Shown: positions 32,979 to 42,465, numbered from the stretch's first letter. The stretch is 42,768 bases of DNA from Bdellovibrionota bacterium (GCA_040754655.1 JBFMCE010000023.1:1-42768); one strand, 5' to 3'. Numbers and translations: made by a program. The notes: generated from the letters alone by a model not told the origin.

Positions 32979-34007
32979 TCATTCCACATTCTGCTCAAAC
33001 CAACGGGCGAGTTCGGCTGGGGTTGGTGACAGTTTTTGGGTGACCAGATCGCGGCGGATCTCAATCGAAGAAAGACGAGACGAGGATGCAAGCGTCACCT
33101 GGCGCACTCCCCAGGTTTGCAGGGCGTGTGCGAGCATGCCTGTCTGAAAAAGACCTTCCATTGCTCGTAGCGAAGCGCCACGAAATTGAAAACTTTCTAG
33201 ACTCCACGATGCCCATTTTTCTGGCAAGAGAGCACTTTCGCAGGGCTTGTACAGGGGAGTAATGCCGAGGTCTGCCATCAGGTCAGAGACTAAGGGAATT
33301 TGACTATGAGGAACTTCTGACCTTGCTACCTTACCCACAAACGACTTGAACGCTGAAAGGTGTAAAAGCGGCGACCGATATTCTTCCGGCAAAAGAAAGC
33401 TTCTTTCAATGCCATTCATCTCGAGCGAGAGCGCGGGATCATAAGCGCTCTGTTCTTCACGCACTTGGCGAGAGCGTCTTTTCTCAAAACTGCTTTTTCG
33501 TTTCTTTCGAGGTACGAGCTCATATCCTTCCGCTTGAAAACCATCAGGCACCTCAAAGCTCATCAGTTCATTGGCGAGAAGCTCTTTTGAGTTGGGTTTG
33601 CCAGACACCTGTTCAAGAAGCGAAGCTTTAAAATAGTGCTTCGCGGTCGATTCAAATGCAAAAGGTTTTCTCTTCAAGATGCGGTTGAGCGTGCGCAAAG
33701 TTTTCAAGAGGGCCGAGTGCTTCCGCTTGTTTTCTTCATGCTGAGCTTCAATTCGAAAATGTTGGGCAATGGCATCTTGAAACTGCGCAAGGCTCCAGTT
33801 TTTAAAACCTTCGGGATCATGACGTTCTGAGACGCCAAGCAAGAAGAATTTTCGCGCCTCGGGAATTTCAAGGAGTTGTTCAATAAGCTCTCGTCCCTCG
33901 TGGCTTTGCAGAAAGTCCGCAAGTTTTGAGTGTATTCGGCCAGTTGAGGCCCAGGAGAAAGACGGATAGACCGCAGTGAAAGAAACTACGCAAATTCCCG
34001 TACTCAA
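32979..34007 (-). CDS. hypothetical, probably exported protein; start uncertain
   Basis: 342-aa ORF with a hydrophobic N-terminus ending SWA-S; no family recognised. Confidence 0.65.
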   Translation of the reverse strand: MSTGICVVSFTAVYPSFSWASTGRIHSKLADFLQSHEGRELIEQLLEIPEARKFFLLGVSERHDPEGFKNWSLAQFQDAIAQHFRIEAQHEENKRKHSALLKTLRTLNRILKRKPFAFESTAKHYFKASLLEQVSGKPNSKELLANELMSFEVPDGFQAEGYELVPRKKRKSSFEKRRSRQVREEQSAYDPALSLEMNGIERSFLLPEEYRSPLLHLSAFKSFVGKVARSEVPHSQIPLVSDLMADLGITPLYKPCESALLPEKWASWSLESFQFRGASLRAMEGLFQTGMLAHALQTWGVRQVTLASSSRLSSIEIRRDLVTQKLSPTPAELARWFEQNVE

Positions 34008-34057
34008 TAAAAATACTTTAAAAAGATGAAAACAGTTCAGATGAAAAACCTACTGTT

Positions 34058-34078
34058 CCGTTATCCGTTATCCGTTAA
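34058..34078. repeat. 7-bp tandem repeat CCGTTAT x2 plus CCGTTAA
   Basis: Directly visible in the intergenic sequence. Confidence 0.7.
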
Positions 34079-34141
34079 TGAATGGAAAGTTCCTATCATT
34101 GTTGATTGCAATGGTCAAGCATTAGAGAGTCATGATCAGGC

Positions 34142-34654
34142 TTAAAAATCCCACATCAGATTGAACGTGGCATCGATCAAGTTCACCGCAGAGTCGAGAA
34201 AAGCGGCGTGATAGGTGACTTCAGGTACCAGGTGAAAATCGCCAGCAGTCGGGATCAGCATGCCCACTCCTAGTCCTGGCGCGAACCCCGTTTGGTTTCC
34301 TTGAACTCCATGACGAGAGCCTCCATCATTGACCGAGGCGTTTACGCCGTCAAGATAAAGCCGCAAGTAGAGACCGCTATCCGGTTCAAGCATCTGTCCA
34401 AACGCGCCGAAGTCGAAAGTCCTGATTCTCACCGTTCCTACGTTCGAGTATCCACCATGCAAACCAAGCGCGTAAATGGGAGTGAATGCGTATCCACCGT
34501 GCAATTGAAGATAAACGCCAGTGCCTGATCCGTTTTGAGCAAGAACCCTTAGGCCCAAGCCTGCTCCTCCGAAACTCTGGCGGTCAGCAGCGGCAAATGC
34601 GGCTGAGCTCATGAAGCTCGCTATGAACAACAAAACCAATCTAAGCTTGTGCAT
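34142..34654 (-). CDS. small outer-membrane beta-barrel protein
   Basis: Signal peptide (AFA-A), Gly/aromatic alternating strands, C-terminal FNLMWDF beta-signal; GAGGA SD. Confidence 0.8.
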   Translation of the reverse strand: MHKLRLVLLFIASFMSSAAFAAADRQSFGGAGLGLRVLAQNGSGTGVYLQLHGGYAFTPIYALGLHGGYSNVGTVRIRTFDFGAFGQMLEPDSGLYLRLYLDGVNASVNDGGSRHGVQGNQTGFAPGLGVGMLIPTAGDFHLVPEVTYHAAFLDSAVNLIDATFNLMWDF

Positions 34655-34687
34655 ATTCCTCTCTCCCTGCTACGAACCTCTGAAACC

Positions 34688-35473
34688 ATGACATCTTTAC
34701 TCACACCGAAGCAACTCGTCTACCCCTATCGTGTAGTTCTTGTTTCACCTCAACATGCAGGAAACGTCGGAGCGGTTGCGCGAGTCGCTGCGAATTTCGA
34801 TTGTCGTGATGTTTGGATTGTGAAGCCTTTGTGTGGCTGGAAGGGGCGCGAGGCCCAGACTTTCGCCAAAGGAGCCGCCAGAGAAGTTCTCTCATCGATG
34901 CAAGAGACGGAACTTCTCAAGACCGCGCTTTCGGGTTGCGTCGCGGCCGTGGGTTTTACGCGCCGGAGTGGTGAGCTGAGGCAGAGCACGATTCGATTGG
35001 GCGAAGTCCAAAATCTGGCGTCTCATGGCAAAAAAATAGCGCTTGTTTTTGGAAGAGAAGACGGAGGGCTCACTCACGAAGAACTTTTACAGTGCACGCA
35101 CGTGTGCTCGTTTGAAGTCTCTGTCACGATGCCCTCAATCAACCTAAGCCACGCCGTTGCAATCGCCCTCGCTCGGGTTTTTGAGTCTTCTTCTTTGCTG
35201 AATGGTGAGCAAGAACCGAAGGCAGTCCGCGCTCAGGCGGAAGTGTCGGAACTCGAGGACCTGTTTGGTCATCTGCGTACATTGATGGTGGATGTCGGAA
35301 TAACGAGAGCAGGCAATCCTGACCGAATGCTTGCGCACCTGCGCCGCGCATTGCAACGCGCAAATTTGAACACCCGAGAAGTAGGGCTTTTTCGGGGGAT
35401 TTTTTCGAAAATCCAAGTTGCGCTTGGAACGAGAATCCGAAGAAGCGTTGACACCTCTAGAGACAAGAAATAG
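34688..35473 (+). CDS. TrmJ/LasT-family (SPOUT) RNA methyltransferase
   Basis: VVLVSPQHAGNVGAVAR, ALVFGREDGGLT and SINLSHAV; start set to ATG 34688. Confidence 0.92.
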   Translation: MTSLLTPKQLVYPYRVVLVSPQHAGNVGAVARVAANFDCRDVWIVKPLCGWKGREAQTFAKGAAREVLSSMQETELLKTALSGCVAAVGFTRRSGELRQSTIRLGEVQNLASHGKKIALVFGREDGGLTHEELLQCTHVCSFEVSVTMPSINLSHAVAIALARVFESSSLLNGEQEPKAVRAQAEVSELEDLFGHLRTLMVDVGITRAGNPDRMLAHLRRALQRANLNTREVGLFRGIFSKIQVALGTRIRRSVDTSRDKK

Positions 35474-35547
35474 TAGGATCTTGCATCACGGAGAGTTTAG
35501 GGGCGGCAGTTAGGGGCTGGCCCAGTAGCATTTCCTTGGGGGGTGAG

Positions 35548-36003
35548 ATGGGCATTCGGAACATTCTAGTCTTGTTCTCTCTTTTTATTTCGTTCGCAAT
35601 CCAAGCTCGCGCGGAAACAATCTCACGCTGCGATTACCTGGCGCAAGATCCGCATTTTGGAAATTGGAAAGAAGGCCTGGTGAGCATCGAAAGAGATCAA
35701 GACCGGGTTTGGGCTCGAGTGTTGTTTCCTGGCGGAGAAATTCCTTTTCTGTCCCATGACGTGAGGAAAGTTCAACTAGGCCCTGACAAGCTCTCGAGGC
35801 TGCCTGCCGCGGTTGCATTGATGGAAGAGCTTGAGCTTCATGCGAGTGACGTGATTCGCGTAAAAGGTTACCGGATCGGCTTGAAGCAAACCGGAGATTT
35901 GGTTTGGGTTCTCAGGTTTTATGGCCGTGGCAACGCGGTGCTAGGCACGAGTGCGCTCGTTGGAGAGCTTTCAGTGACTTGTATCAATAAAAGAAAGCGT
36001 TAG
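35548..36003 (+). CDS. small secreted hypothetical protein
   Basis: GGGGG SD, signal peptide (ARA-E), two Cys near the termini of the mature chain. Confidence 0.65.
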   Translation: MGIRNILVLFSLFISFAIQARAETISRCDYLAQDPHFGNWKEGLVSIERDQDRVWARVLFPGGEIPFLSHDVRKVQLGPDKLSRLPAAVALMEELELHASDVIRVKGYRIGLKQTGDLVWVLRFYGRGNAVLGTSALVGELSVTCINKRKR

Positions 36004-36004
36004 C

Positions 36005-38035
36005 TCAGAGAACTAGCTTCGCTTGAATGCTCTTTCTTGAAAGTTCGGTCGTCGAATAAGGCGCTTCGCAGGTCTTGCGGTGGCAAACGAGCTGGCCATT
36101 CGCAGATCGATCTGCTTTTTGAAACACATGGGGATGCGTGCACGCTTCCTCTGCCGCGCGGCCAGAAACGGTTATGGGGCCCGTGGCCTGTAGCAGCGCC
36201 GTGCATGCGAGTTCTCCCGTGCCCAGAGGGGCTTGCTCTGCAAACGGAAAAAGTTTGTAGAGGTGTTCGTCTCCTTCCGACCCGTATTCCGCTTGCCCCG
36301 TGATTTCATCCAACGCGATCATGCATTCCAGAAGAACGGCGTTTCCTGAAGGCATCGATTGGTCGTAAATGTTCTTTGGCCGCTGGATCAATTTCTCATG
36401 GTCATCGCTGGTAAAATAAAAACCTCCGTGTTCACGGTCGGTGAAGTGTCTGCGCGCGACGTCGGTCCATGCTTTCGCTTGATTCAAATAAGCTTCGATC
36501 TCGTCAGGGCTTGAAGAAAACCTCGCGAGGTCCAGGGCGCTTTTTGCCAAGAAAGCGTAGTCATCGAGGTAGGCATTGAGTTTCGCCTGCCCATCTTTAT
36601 AAACCGACCAAAGTCGATGCTCAGGCCTGCTCATCTTTGCCTGGATGAACTTGAACGCCGCTTGGGCGGCTTCAAAGGATTTTTTCGCAAGGCTCGGATC
36701 GCAATCGCGAAGCGCTGCTTGCGCCCAACAGAGGCCTGAGATCATCAAACCGTTCCAGCTCGCGATCACCTTGTCGTCAAGGCCGGGGTGAACCCGCTTT
36801 TCCCGAGCATGAAATAGTTTTTGTTTAGCGTTCTCGATCAGCGCGGCTATTTCTTCCTTTGACTTGCCAAGCGTAGATGCGATTTCAGAGGAGGTTCGAT
36901 CCAAGAAGAGCACGGTCTGGCCTTGGTGCTCGAAGTTTCCGGCTTCTGTCACTCCATAACGCAAGAGGAAAGAGGCGGCCTCTTCCTCACTCAAGATTTC
37001 CCGTATGGATTTCGGGTCCCAGACGAAAAACTTTCCCTCAACGCCTTCGCTGTCGGCGTCTTGGGTGGAATAGAACCCGCCCGATTCGGAAGCCATTTCC
37101 CGCAAGACGTAAGCAGAGGTTTCTCGAACCACGCGCAAGTAGAGTTCGCGGTCTTCGTTTGAGAGTTCTTCTGAGGTTGAGTTGACCAAAACTTCTGAAT
37201 AAAGCTTTAAGAGGCAGGCATTGTCGTAGAGCATCTTCTCAAAATGGGGCACGCTCCACGACTCATCGACCGAGTAACGGTGAAAGCCTCCGCCCAGCTG
37301 GTCGTAGATGCCCTTTTGTGCCATCTTGCTTAAAGTCAGAGTGACCGCTTCTTTCGCCATCCCAAACCCCGTGGCTTTCCCGAAGCGCCAGAGGAAACTC
37401 AGCCCCATCGTGTGCGGAAATTTCGGGGCATCGCCAAAACCCCCATGCCGCCAATCGATCGCAGACAAAGTTCGATCGGCCAAGGTTCGAAGAGCAGAGC
37501 GATCAGGGCGCTTGTGGCTTTCGGTCACGAGGTTTTCCATTTTCTGGATGGCTTCCGTGAGCCTTCGCGCATTTTCAGCGATTGAGTTGGGATCATTTTT
37601 ATAGGCTTCAGACAGGGCCTGCAAAACCCTGCCAAAGCCCGGTCTTCCATAGCGATCTTCCGGCGGAAAATAAGTTCCTCCGAAAAAAGGCCTGAGATCC
37701 GGCGTCAAGAAGACCGTGAGCGGCCACCCGCCGCCTCGGGTGATGAGTTGCGCCACGTTCTGATAGATCTGGTCAAGGTCGGGACGTTCTTCTCGATCCA
37801 CCTTGATATTGATGAAGTTCTGGTTCATCAGCTCAGCAATGGCGGGATTCTCGAAACTTTCATGCTCCATGACATGGCACCAGTGACAAGCGGAATAACC
37901 GACTGAGAGCAAGATCGGTTTGTTTTCAGTGCGCGCTCGAGAAAGAGCCTCTTCACTCCAAGCATACCAATCGACCGGATTGTTCGCATGTTGCCGCAGA
38001 TAAGGGCTGGTCTCTTGAGCAAGCCTGTTGGCCAT
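36005..38035 (-). CDS. thioredoxin domain-containing protein YyaL/SPATA20 (DUF255)
   Basis: [49 protein letters not shown] and [17 protein letters not shown]. Confidence 0.95.
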   Translation of the reverse strand: MANRLAQETSPYLRQHANNPVDWYAWSEEALSRARTENKPILLSVGYSACHWCHVMEHESFENPAIAELMNQNFINIKVDREERPDLDQIYQNVAQLITRGGGWPLTVFLTPDLRPFFGGTYFPPEDRYGRPGFGRVLQALSEAYKNDPNSIAENARRLTEAIQKMENLVTESHKRPDRSALRTLADRTLSAIDWRHGGFGDAPKFPHTMGLSFLWRFGKATGFGMAKEAVTLTLSKMAQKGIYDQLGGGFHRYSVDESWSVPHFEKMLYDNACLLKLYSEVLVNSTSEELSNEDRELYLRVVRETSAYVLREMASESGGFYSTQDADSEGVEGKFFVWDPKSIREILSEEEAASFLLRYGVTEAGNFEHQGQTVLFLDRTSSEIASTLGKSKEEIAALIENAKQKLFHAREKRVHPGLDDKVIASWNGLMISGLCWAQAALRDCDPSLAKKSFEAAQAAFKFIQAKMSRPEHRLWSVYKDGQAKLNAYLDDYAFLAKSALDLARFSSSPDEIEAYLNQAKAWTDVARRHFTDREHGGFYFTSDDHEKLIQRPKNIYDQSMPSGNAVLLECMIALDEITGQAEYGSEGDEHLYKLFPFAEQAPLGTGELACTALLQATGPITVSGRAAEEACTHPHVFQKADRSANGQLVCHRKTCEAPYSTTELSRKSIQAKLVL

Positions 38036-38223
38036 GGGCAGTTCTCCTTCATTTCAACTCAACCGCGTGGATGGGTGTGTCGCCTATCCTCGGCTTTGAG
38101 TTTTGTACCGTTAAAGAAATAGGGAAGCTGCAAAAATCGATCTCATGACCGTTAAATTAATGCAATGCATGGTGACAGATTGAGAGTGCGTTGTTAACGC
38201 TCTGTGTTGATTTGGGGGTACTC

Positions 38224-40014
38224 GTGAAAAAATTTATTCTTCTAGGGATGCTGTATCTAGGACTGGTTACCGTTGGATTTGCGCGAGAAAAAGTTGTTCT
38301 AACGGACCCGCTGCTTGGAGGCATTGCTTATTCTTCTCAAAAGATGGATCCAAGCCGAATGGCCCTCGCTTCAGAGTACTTAAAGCCTATTTTCGCAAGC
38401 GAGCTCTTTGATTTGATCCACCCCGTGCCTTTAGAAAAACTGCAAGCAAGGGCAAAACCCGAGGAGCGGGAAAAAGTACGCGCAAACTACCTCAAAGAAG
38501 TCTCAGATGAACTGAGCAGGCTTTTTGTTCTGAAGTCCATTGCGCACATCTTGGATGCCGAATCGGATTCCGCGAAACTTCCGAAATCAAGATTTGACTA
38601 CGCGTTACGGAAGATCTTGCTGGTCGATACCCAGCGACTGACGGGTGAAAAGGGGCTTGCTGGAGAGGGCGAGCAGGTGCTGTTTGAAAAGCTGCGGCGG
38701 GCGGCGGGGAGGGGGCCTTTCGAGTTTTCAGTGCGTTGGAAGCCAGGAGAAGGGGATTTGAGGCTTGAACGCCTCGCAGATGATTTTGACGGCGCTTTGG
38801 ATTATCCAGAGTTTCGGTTCTCAGGCCGTGGAAAAAAGCTATTCCCAGGAGTGTCATCACAAGAAAGAGACCTGTTTCCTCAGAGCTTAGAGGAGTTCAA
38901 ATCAGAGCTCTTTAAAAGGCTTAAAGCCGCTCATCTTGCGTACACAAGACGAAATGCAGCGAATGCGATGTTGATCAGCCATTGGGAAAACCATGGTCTT
39001 CTCAACCCGTTTCCTCCGAATGAGGCGAGGCTTACGGTTGAGCTCTTTAATCCGCTAGGCCCGGCCCGGCTGCACGTCACTCACAAACAACTTGAGCAGG
39101 CCTATGAACGCTTGAAAAATCAAATCGCACGCAATGTCACTGCTGAAGTTACGTTGCTTGAAGTACGTCTGGGCGACTCGAAAAAAGTTCAGGTTCCGCA
39201 GCAAAGCCAGACCGATTTGGATTCGGGTTCTCTAGCCCTTGAAGTTGATGCGAGAGCCAAGCAGTGTTTGATCGCTTTTAAAGAAGCCTTTGAAGCGCCT
39301 TATTTTGAAAAGCAAAACCAGATCGACCATCAAATCAAAGAAGAGCGCAAAGGCGGTTCGCTTCGGAATGAAGACTTGCAGCGGCTCGTGAGCGAACTGC
39401 GGAGAAACATTCCGCGGGTTGCTTTTGAAGAAGCAAGAGAAGAAGTCATGGCGGTGCAAAGCGACGGCAAAAAGCGGTTCACTTGTGCTGACTTTCCGAT
39501 GTCGATCCATGAAGTGAAGGTCACCTATGACAATTGGTTCAAAGATTATCAAACCGGGTTGAGAAAGCCTCTGGAAGAAAAAGGGTACGAGGTTTTGTCT
39601 GAAGCGCAAAGGCTTCGTATCATCGCAGCCACGAGGTTCTTAGAAGATCCTTCGATGCAGCAACAACTCATCCCTTACGCCAACTCGGTTGATGCTTACG
39701 GAAACGCTCGCCATTACTTCTTCGTGAATGCGACCAAACCTCAGCAAACGTATGTGTCTCTCCAAGACCGCACGGTGAATCTATTGGTGAGGCAACATTT
39801 GGCTATGGCGGAACTGGCTAGCCTTATGGCGCGCGCGCTTGAGTCAAAGATCAGCGCGCGTTATTCATTGCACGCAAGAAAAGAGACTTTTTCGTATAAT
39901 GGCGTTGATGGGTTTTGGTTAAAGCCCGCGGTGGCTGAGGCTGGGAAGTGGATCCCGCAATTATTCGAAGGGCAGAGCATGCAAGTTTTTGAGCAGGCTT
40001 ATTACCTGCCTTAG
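38224..40014 (+). CDS. secreted helical hypothetical protein
   Basis: GGGGG SD before GTG 38224; signal peptide (GFA-R). Confidence 0.7.
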   Translation: MKKFILLGMLYLGLVTVGFAREKVVLTDPLLGGIAYSSQKMDPSRMALASEYLKPIFASELFDLIHPVPLEKLQARAKPEEREKVRANYLKEVSDELSRLFVLKSIAHILDAESDSAKLPKSRFDYALRKILLVDTQRLTGEKGLAGEGEQVLFEKLRRAAGRGPFEFSVRWKPGEGDLRLERLADDFDGALDYPEFRFSGRGKKLFPGVSSQERDLFPQSLEEFKSELFKRLKAAHLAYTRRNAANAMLISHWENHGLLNPFPPNEARLTVELFNPLGPARLHVTHKQLEQAYERLKNQIARNVTAEVTLLEVRLGDSKKVQVPQQSQTDLDSGSLALEVDARAKQCLIAFKEAFEAPYFEKQNQIDHQIKEERKGGSLRNEDLQRLVSELRRNIPRVAFEEAREEVMAVQSDGKKRFTCADFPMSIHEVKVTYDNWFKDYQTGLRKPLEEKGYEVLSEAQRLRIIAATRFLEDPSMQQQLIPYANSVDAYGNARHYFFVNATKPQQTYVSLQDRTVNLLVRQHLAMAELASLMARALESKISARYSLHARKETFSYNGVDGFWLKPAVAEAGKWIPQLFEGQSMQVFEQAYYLP

Positions 40015-40045
40015 CATGCGTTGCAGGTATTTTTGACCGGGTTTT

Positions 40046-40909
40046 TCATGGGCGCAGAAGCTTTTCGCAATTCTTCGAGCGAGTTTCTTGTCTTTCTAGA
40101 GCGTTGGCAAGCCAAGAGAGTTTTCCTTCGAGTTTTTCTGGAAGGATGACTCGTTGTTCATCTGCAATGCCTTTGAAAATACTCTCGACTCTTTCCGCCA
40201 TCTCAGAGCCCATGACGTCGTACACCCGAAATGTCTCTCCCTGGGCTTTTCGCTCCGCGGTATCAGAAAGCCAGCGCATCCCCAGGCTAAGAGCGTAAAT
40301 CACCGCTGCATTGAGTGCACTGCCGACCGTGATCATAGTGTCGAGTAGAGGCGAGTTTGTCAGGCTTCCAAAGCCCGTGTACAGGCCCGCTCCCAATGAA
40401 AAGGTTCCTGCAACTAATAAGATTTTTGAGGCGCCTCGGTAAAAGGAAGCCTTTTCCAGATTTTGCTCTGTGCTGAGAGATTTAAGTGAATTTTCCGAGG
40501 GGAGAGTCAGTTTGAGCACAGGTTGGTTGCTGAGATTTTGGTTGAGCAGTTCTGCGATCAGGGCATACTGCCCTTTTAATTCGCTAAGATGCCTATTCCG
40601 GCTAGCGGATAACCCTAGATCGGCGGATTGAGATTTTGACTCGATCTGGTCTAAAAGCATCTCTCGTGCGACAATCAGATGCCCGATGGATTTACCTAAG
40701 GTTCGATAGAAATCGTCTTGCTTAGTTTTGAAGGCAGGGGTTTTAGGATCCGTGGCGGTAAGAGCTTTGCTCTTTTCTTTGAGTTCGGTTGAAACCTGGC
40801 TTGCTTTTTCAAGAAGAAAGTCGATTTCAGCAGAGTCTGAGGCAGCCAAGCCCGGTGGGGCCGTGAAGAGAAGGGATAAGAATAAAAGCAGGCTTCCGAG
40901 TTTCGGCAT
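40046..40909 (-). CDS. secreted helical protein with hydrophobic hairpin (paralog 1)
   Basis: Signal peptide; two hydrophobic helices; homologous to 40970-41878. Confidence 0.8.
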   Translation of the reverse strand: MPKLGSLLLFLSLLFTAPPGLAASDSAEIDFLLEKASQVSTELKEKSKALTATDPKTPAFKTKQDDFYRTLGKSIGHLIVAREMLLDQIESKSQSADLGLSASRNRHLSELKGQYALIAELLNQNLSNQPVLKLTLPSENSLKSLSTEQNLEKASFYRGASKILLVAGTFSLGAGLYTGFGSLTNSPLLDTMITVGSALNAAVIYALSLGMRWLSDTAERKAQGETFRVYDVMGSEMAERVESIFKGIADEQRVILPEKLEGKLSWLANALERQETRSKNCEKLLRP

Positions 40910-40969
40910 TGGCCGTCTTTATCAAATAAAAATTATTTAGTAAACTGTATGAAGCGAGTTCGGCGCCCC

Positions 40970-41878
40970 TCAGGGGACGAGCTGTCTTTCACAGGCCAAC
41001 GATCTGATTTTTTGCCGTTCCAAAATACCTCCAAGCCAATTCAATTTTTGTTCGAGTGTTTGCGGAAGTTTGATGCGGTACTCTTCGGCGATGCCTTTGA
41101 ACATGAATTCGATAGGTTCACGCTTGTCAGGGGGAATGATTGAGGTCAACCTTGTTTTGTCTCTAGCCAGGATGAATTGAATTAAATTCAACCGTTCGAA
41201 CACAAGGGTGGCCACAAATAACAGGCCTGCGTTGATGGCACTGCCCACCATGATCCATTCATTCAAAGTCGCTGAAGGAGCCCAAGAAAAAATGTTCATA
41301 GAAGCGCTGGTGATACCTGAAATGGTTACCCCCACGGCTGTGACGGTCGAGAGCGTCCTGAAGAGCTTGGCTGTTTGCCTGTGCTGCTCCGCAGTCACGT
41401 TTCGCTGAGAGCCAGTTGCTATGGTATTGAGCCGATCGAGCTCAGAATGGTGGCTGAGGTGCATTTCAAGTAATGCAGAGATCACGACGTAATTTCTTTT
41501 CAACCTTTTTAGATCATAGACAGTAGGCTCTGTGTTGGTCGTTGAGAGCGTTCTTGTATCAAGCACTTGCCCTGATGAAGTGGCGGCTTCGATTTGCTCC
41601 AGGAGCGAGCTTCTCGCAGCCATGAGATGGCCAATAAGCCTTCCTAATGCGTAAAACACTTCATTTTGTTCAGCGATAAAACCTTGCGTTTCAGGGATTT
41701 GTTTTGTGAAAAACGCTCTAAGAGCTTCTTGTTTCTTGGTGAGCTCACGCGTGAGATGCGCGGACCTTAAAATGGACGCATTTGGATCAGTCTGTTCTGG
41801 TGCGGCAAAACTTGAATAAGGCGCGGTAAACATGGCGAGTAAAACTAAAAAGAAGACGCGAACAGGATTCTTTTGCAT
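40970..41878 (-). CDS. secreted helical protein with hydrophobic hairpin (paralog 2)
   Basis: Shares LGxxIGHLxxAR, VGSAxNA and FKGIAxExRxxLPxxLExKLxWL with its neighbour. Confidence 0.8.
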   Translation of the reverse strand: MQKNPVRVFFLVLLAMFTAPYSSFAAPEQTDPNASILRSAHLTRELTKKQEALRAFFTKQIPETQGFIAEQNEVFYALGRLIGHLMAARSSLLEQIEAATSSGQVLDTRTLSTTNTEPTVYDLKRLKRNYVVISALLEMHLSHHSELDRLNTIATGSQRNVTAEQHRQTAKLFRTLSTVTAVGVTISGITSASMNIFSWAPSATLNEWIMVGSAINAGLLFVATLVFERLNLIQFILARDKTRLTSIIPPDKREPIEFMFKGIAEEYRIKLPQTLEQKLNWLGGILERQKIRSLACERQLVP

Positions 41879-42149
41879 TGGGGCTCGTTATCAAAAATGA
41901 AGTAATATTATCAAGTAATATTGTCATGCCATGCAGTACGAACGTCTTTCAATCTTTTTAACTTTGCTCAGTATTGTTCGATCAGTTTCACTTTGACCCC
42001 GGCGGTGCCATTTTTCAAAGAGGCTCGGTGTCTTTTTGGCAGCCCCAAAAAAGATCTCGCTTTTTCTTAAGGCGCTAGGTTGTCGGATTACTAAGTAATA
42101 TCAATAAGTCACAATAAGAAAGGACGGCAGGTCAATCGTCCCTCTGTAC

Positions 42150-42165
42150 TGGTACATCGCTTGCT
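42150..42165 (+). promoter_or_regulatory. sigma54 (-24/-12) promoter
   Basis: TGGTACATCGCTTGCT versus consensus TGGCACG-N4-TTGCW; GG-N10-GC; predicted +1 is G42176. Confidence 0.8.
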
Positions 42166-42175
42166 CTAATGGTCA

Positions 42176-42449
42176 GTGTGGTTCGTGATGTTTTCCTCCT
42201 CTCTGTCAAGGACGACAGGGTAAATGTGGCAGACTCGAGAACGGTTCCCGAACCTAAAGGCAATAAAGAGCAGGAGTTTGAAAGAGCATAAGGAAGCGCT
42301 CACACCTTAAAGACCATGGGCGAATACTGAACACCGTAGGGATTAGGGGGTGGTTAGTACAAGGTCATTGGGGTGCTTACGAAGGACTGTGGTCAAACTT
42401 TTAAAACCGCTTTTGCCTTGGGTTCGGGAACACAAAGCATTGAACACAC
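42176..42449 (+). ncRNA. candidate structured non-coding RNA (~274 nt), family not recognised
   Basis: 5' and 3' ends pair, there are several nested helices with G-U pairs on the + strand, ANGGA loops, an upstream sigma54 promoter and no credible long ORF. Confidence 0.7.
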
Positions 42450-42465
42450 GCGCTAGTTTTTCTTC

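Noticed and set aside
33490..33513. NLS-like PRKKRKSS in the 32979-34007 protein
   Set aside because: Short basic runs arise by chance, and there is no other evidence of eukaryotic targeting.
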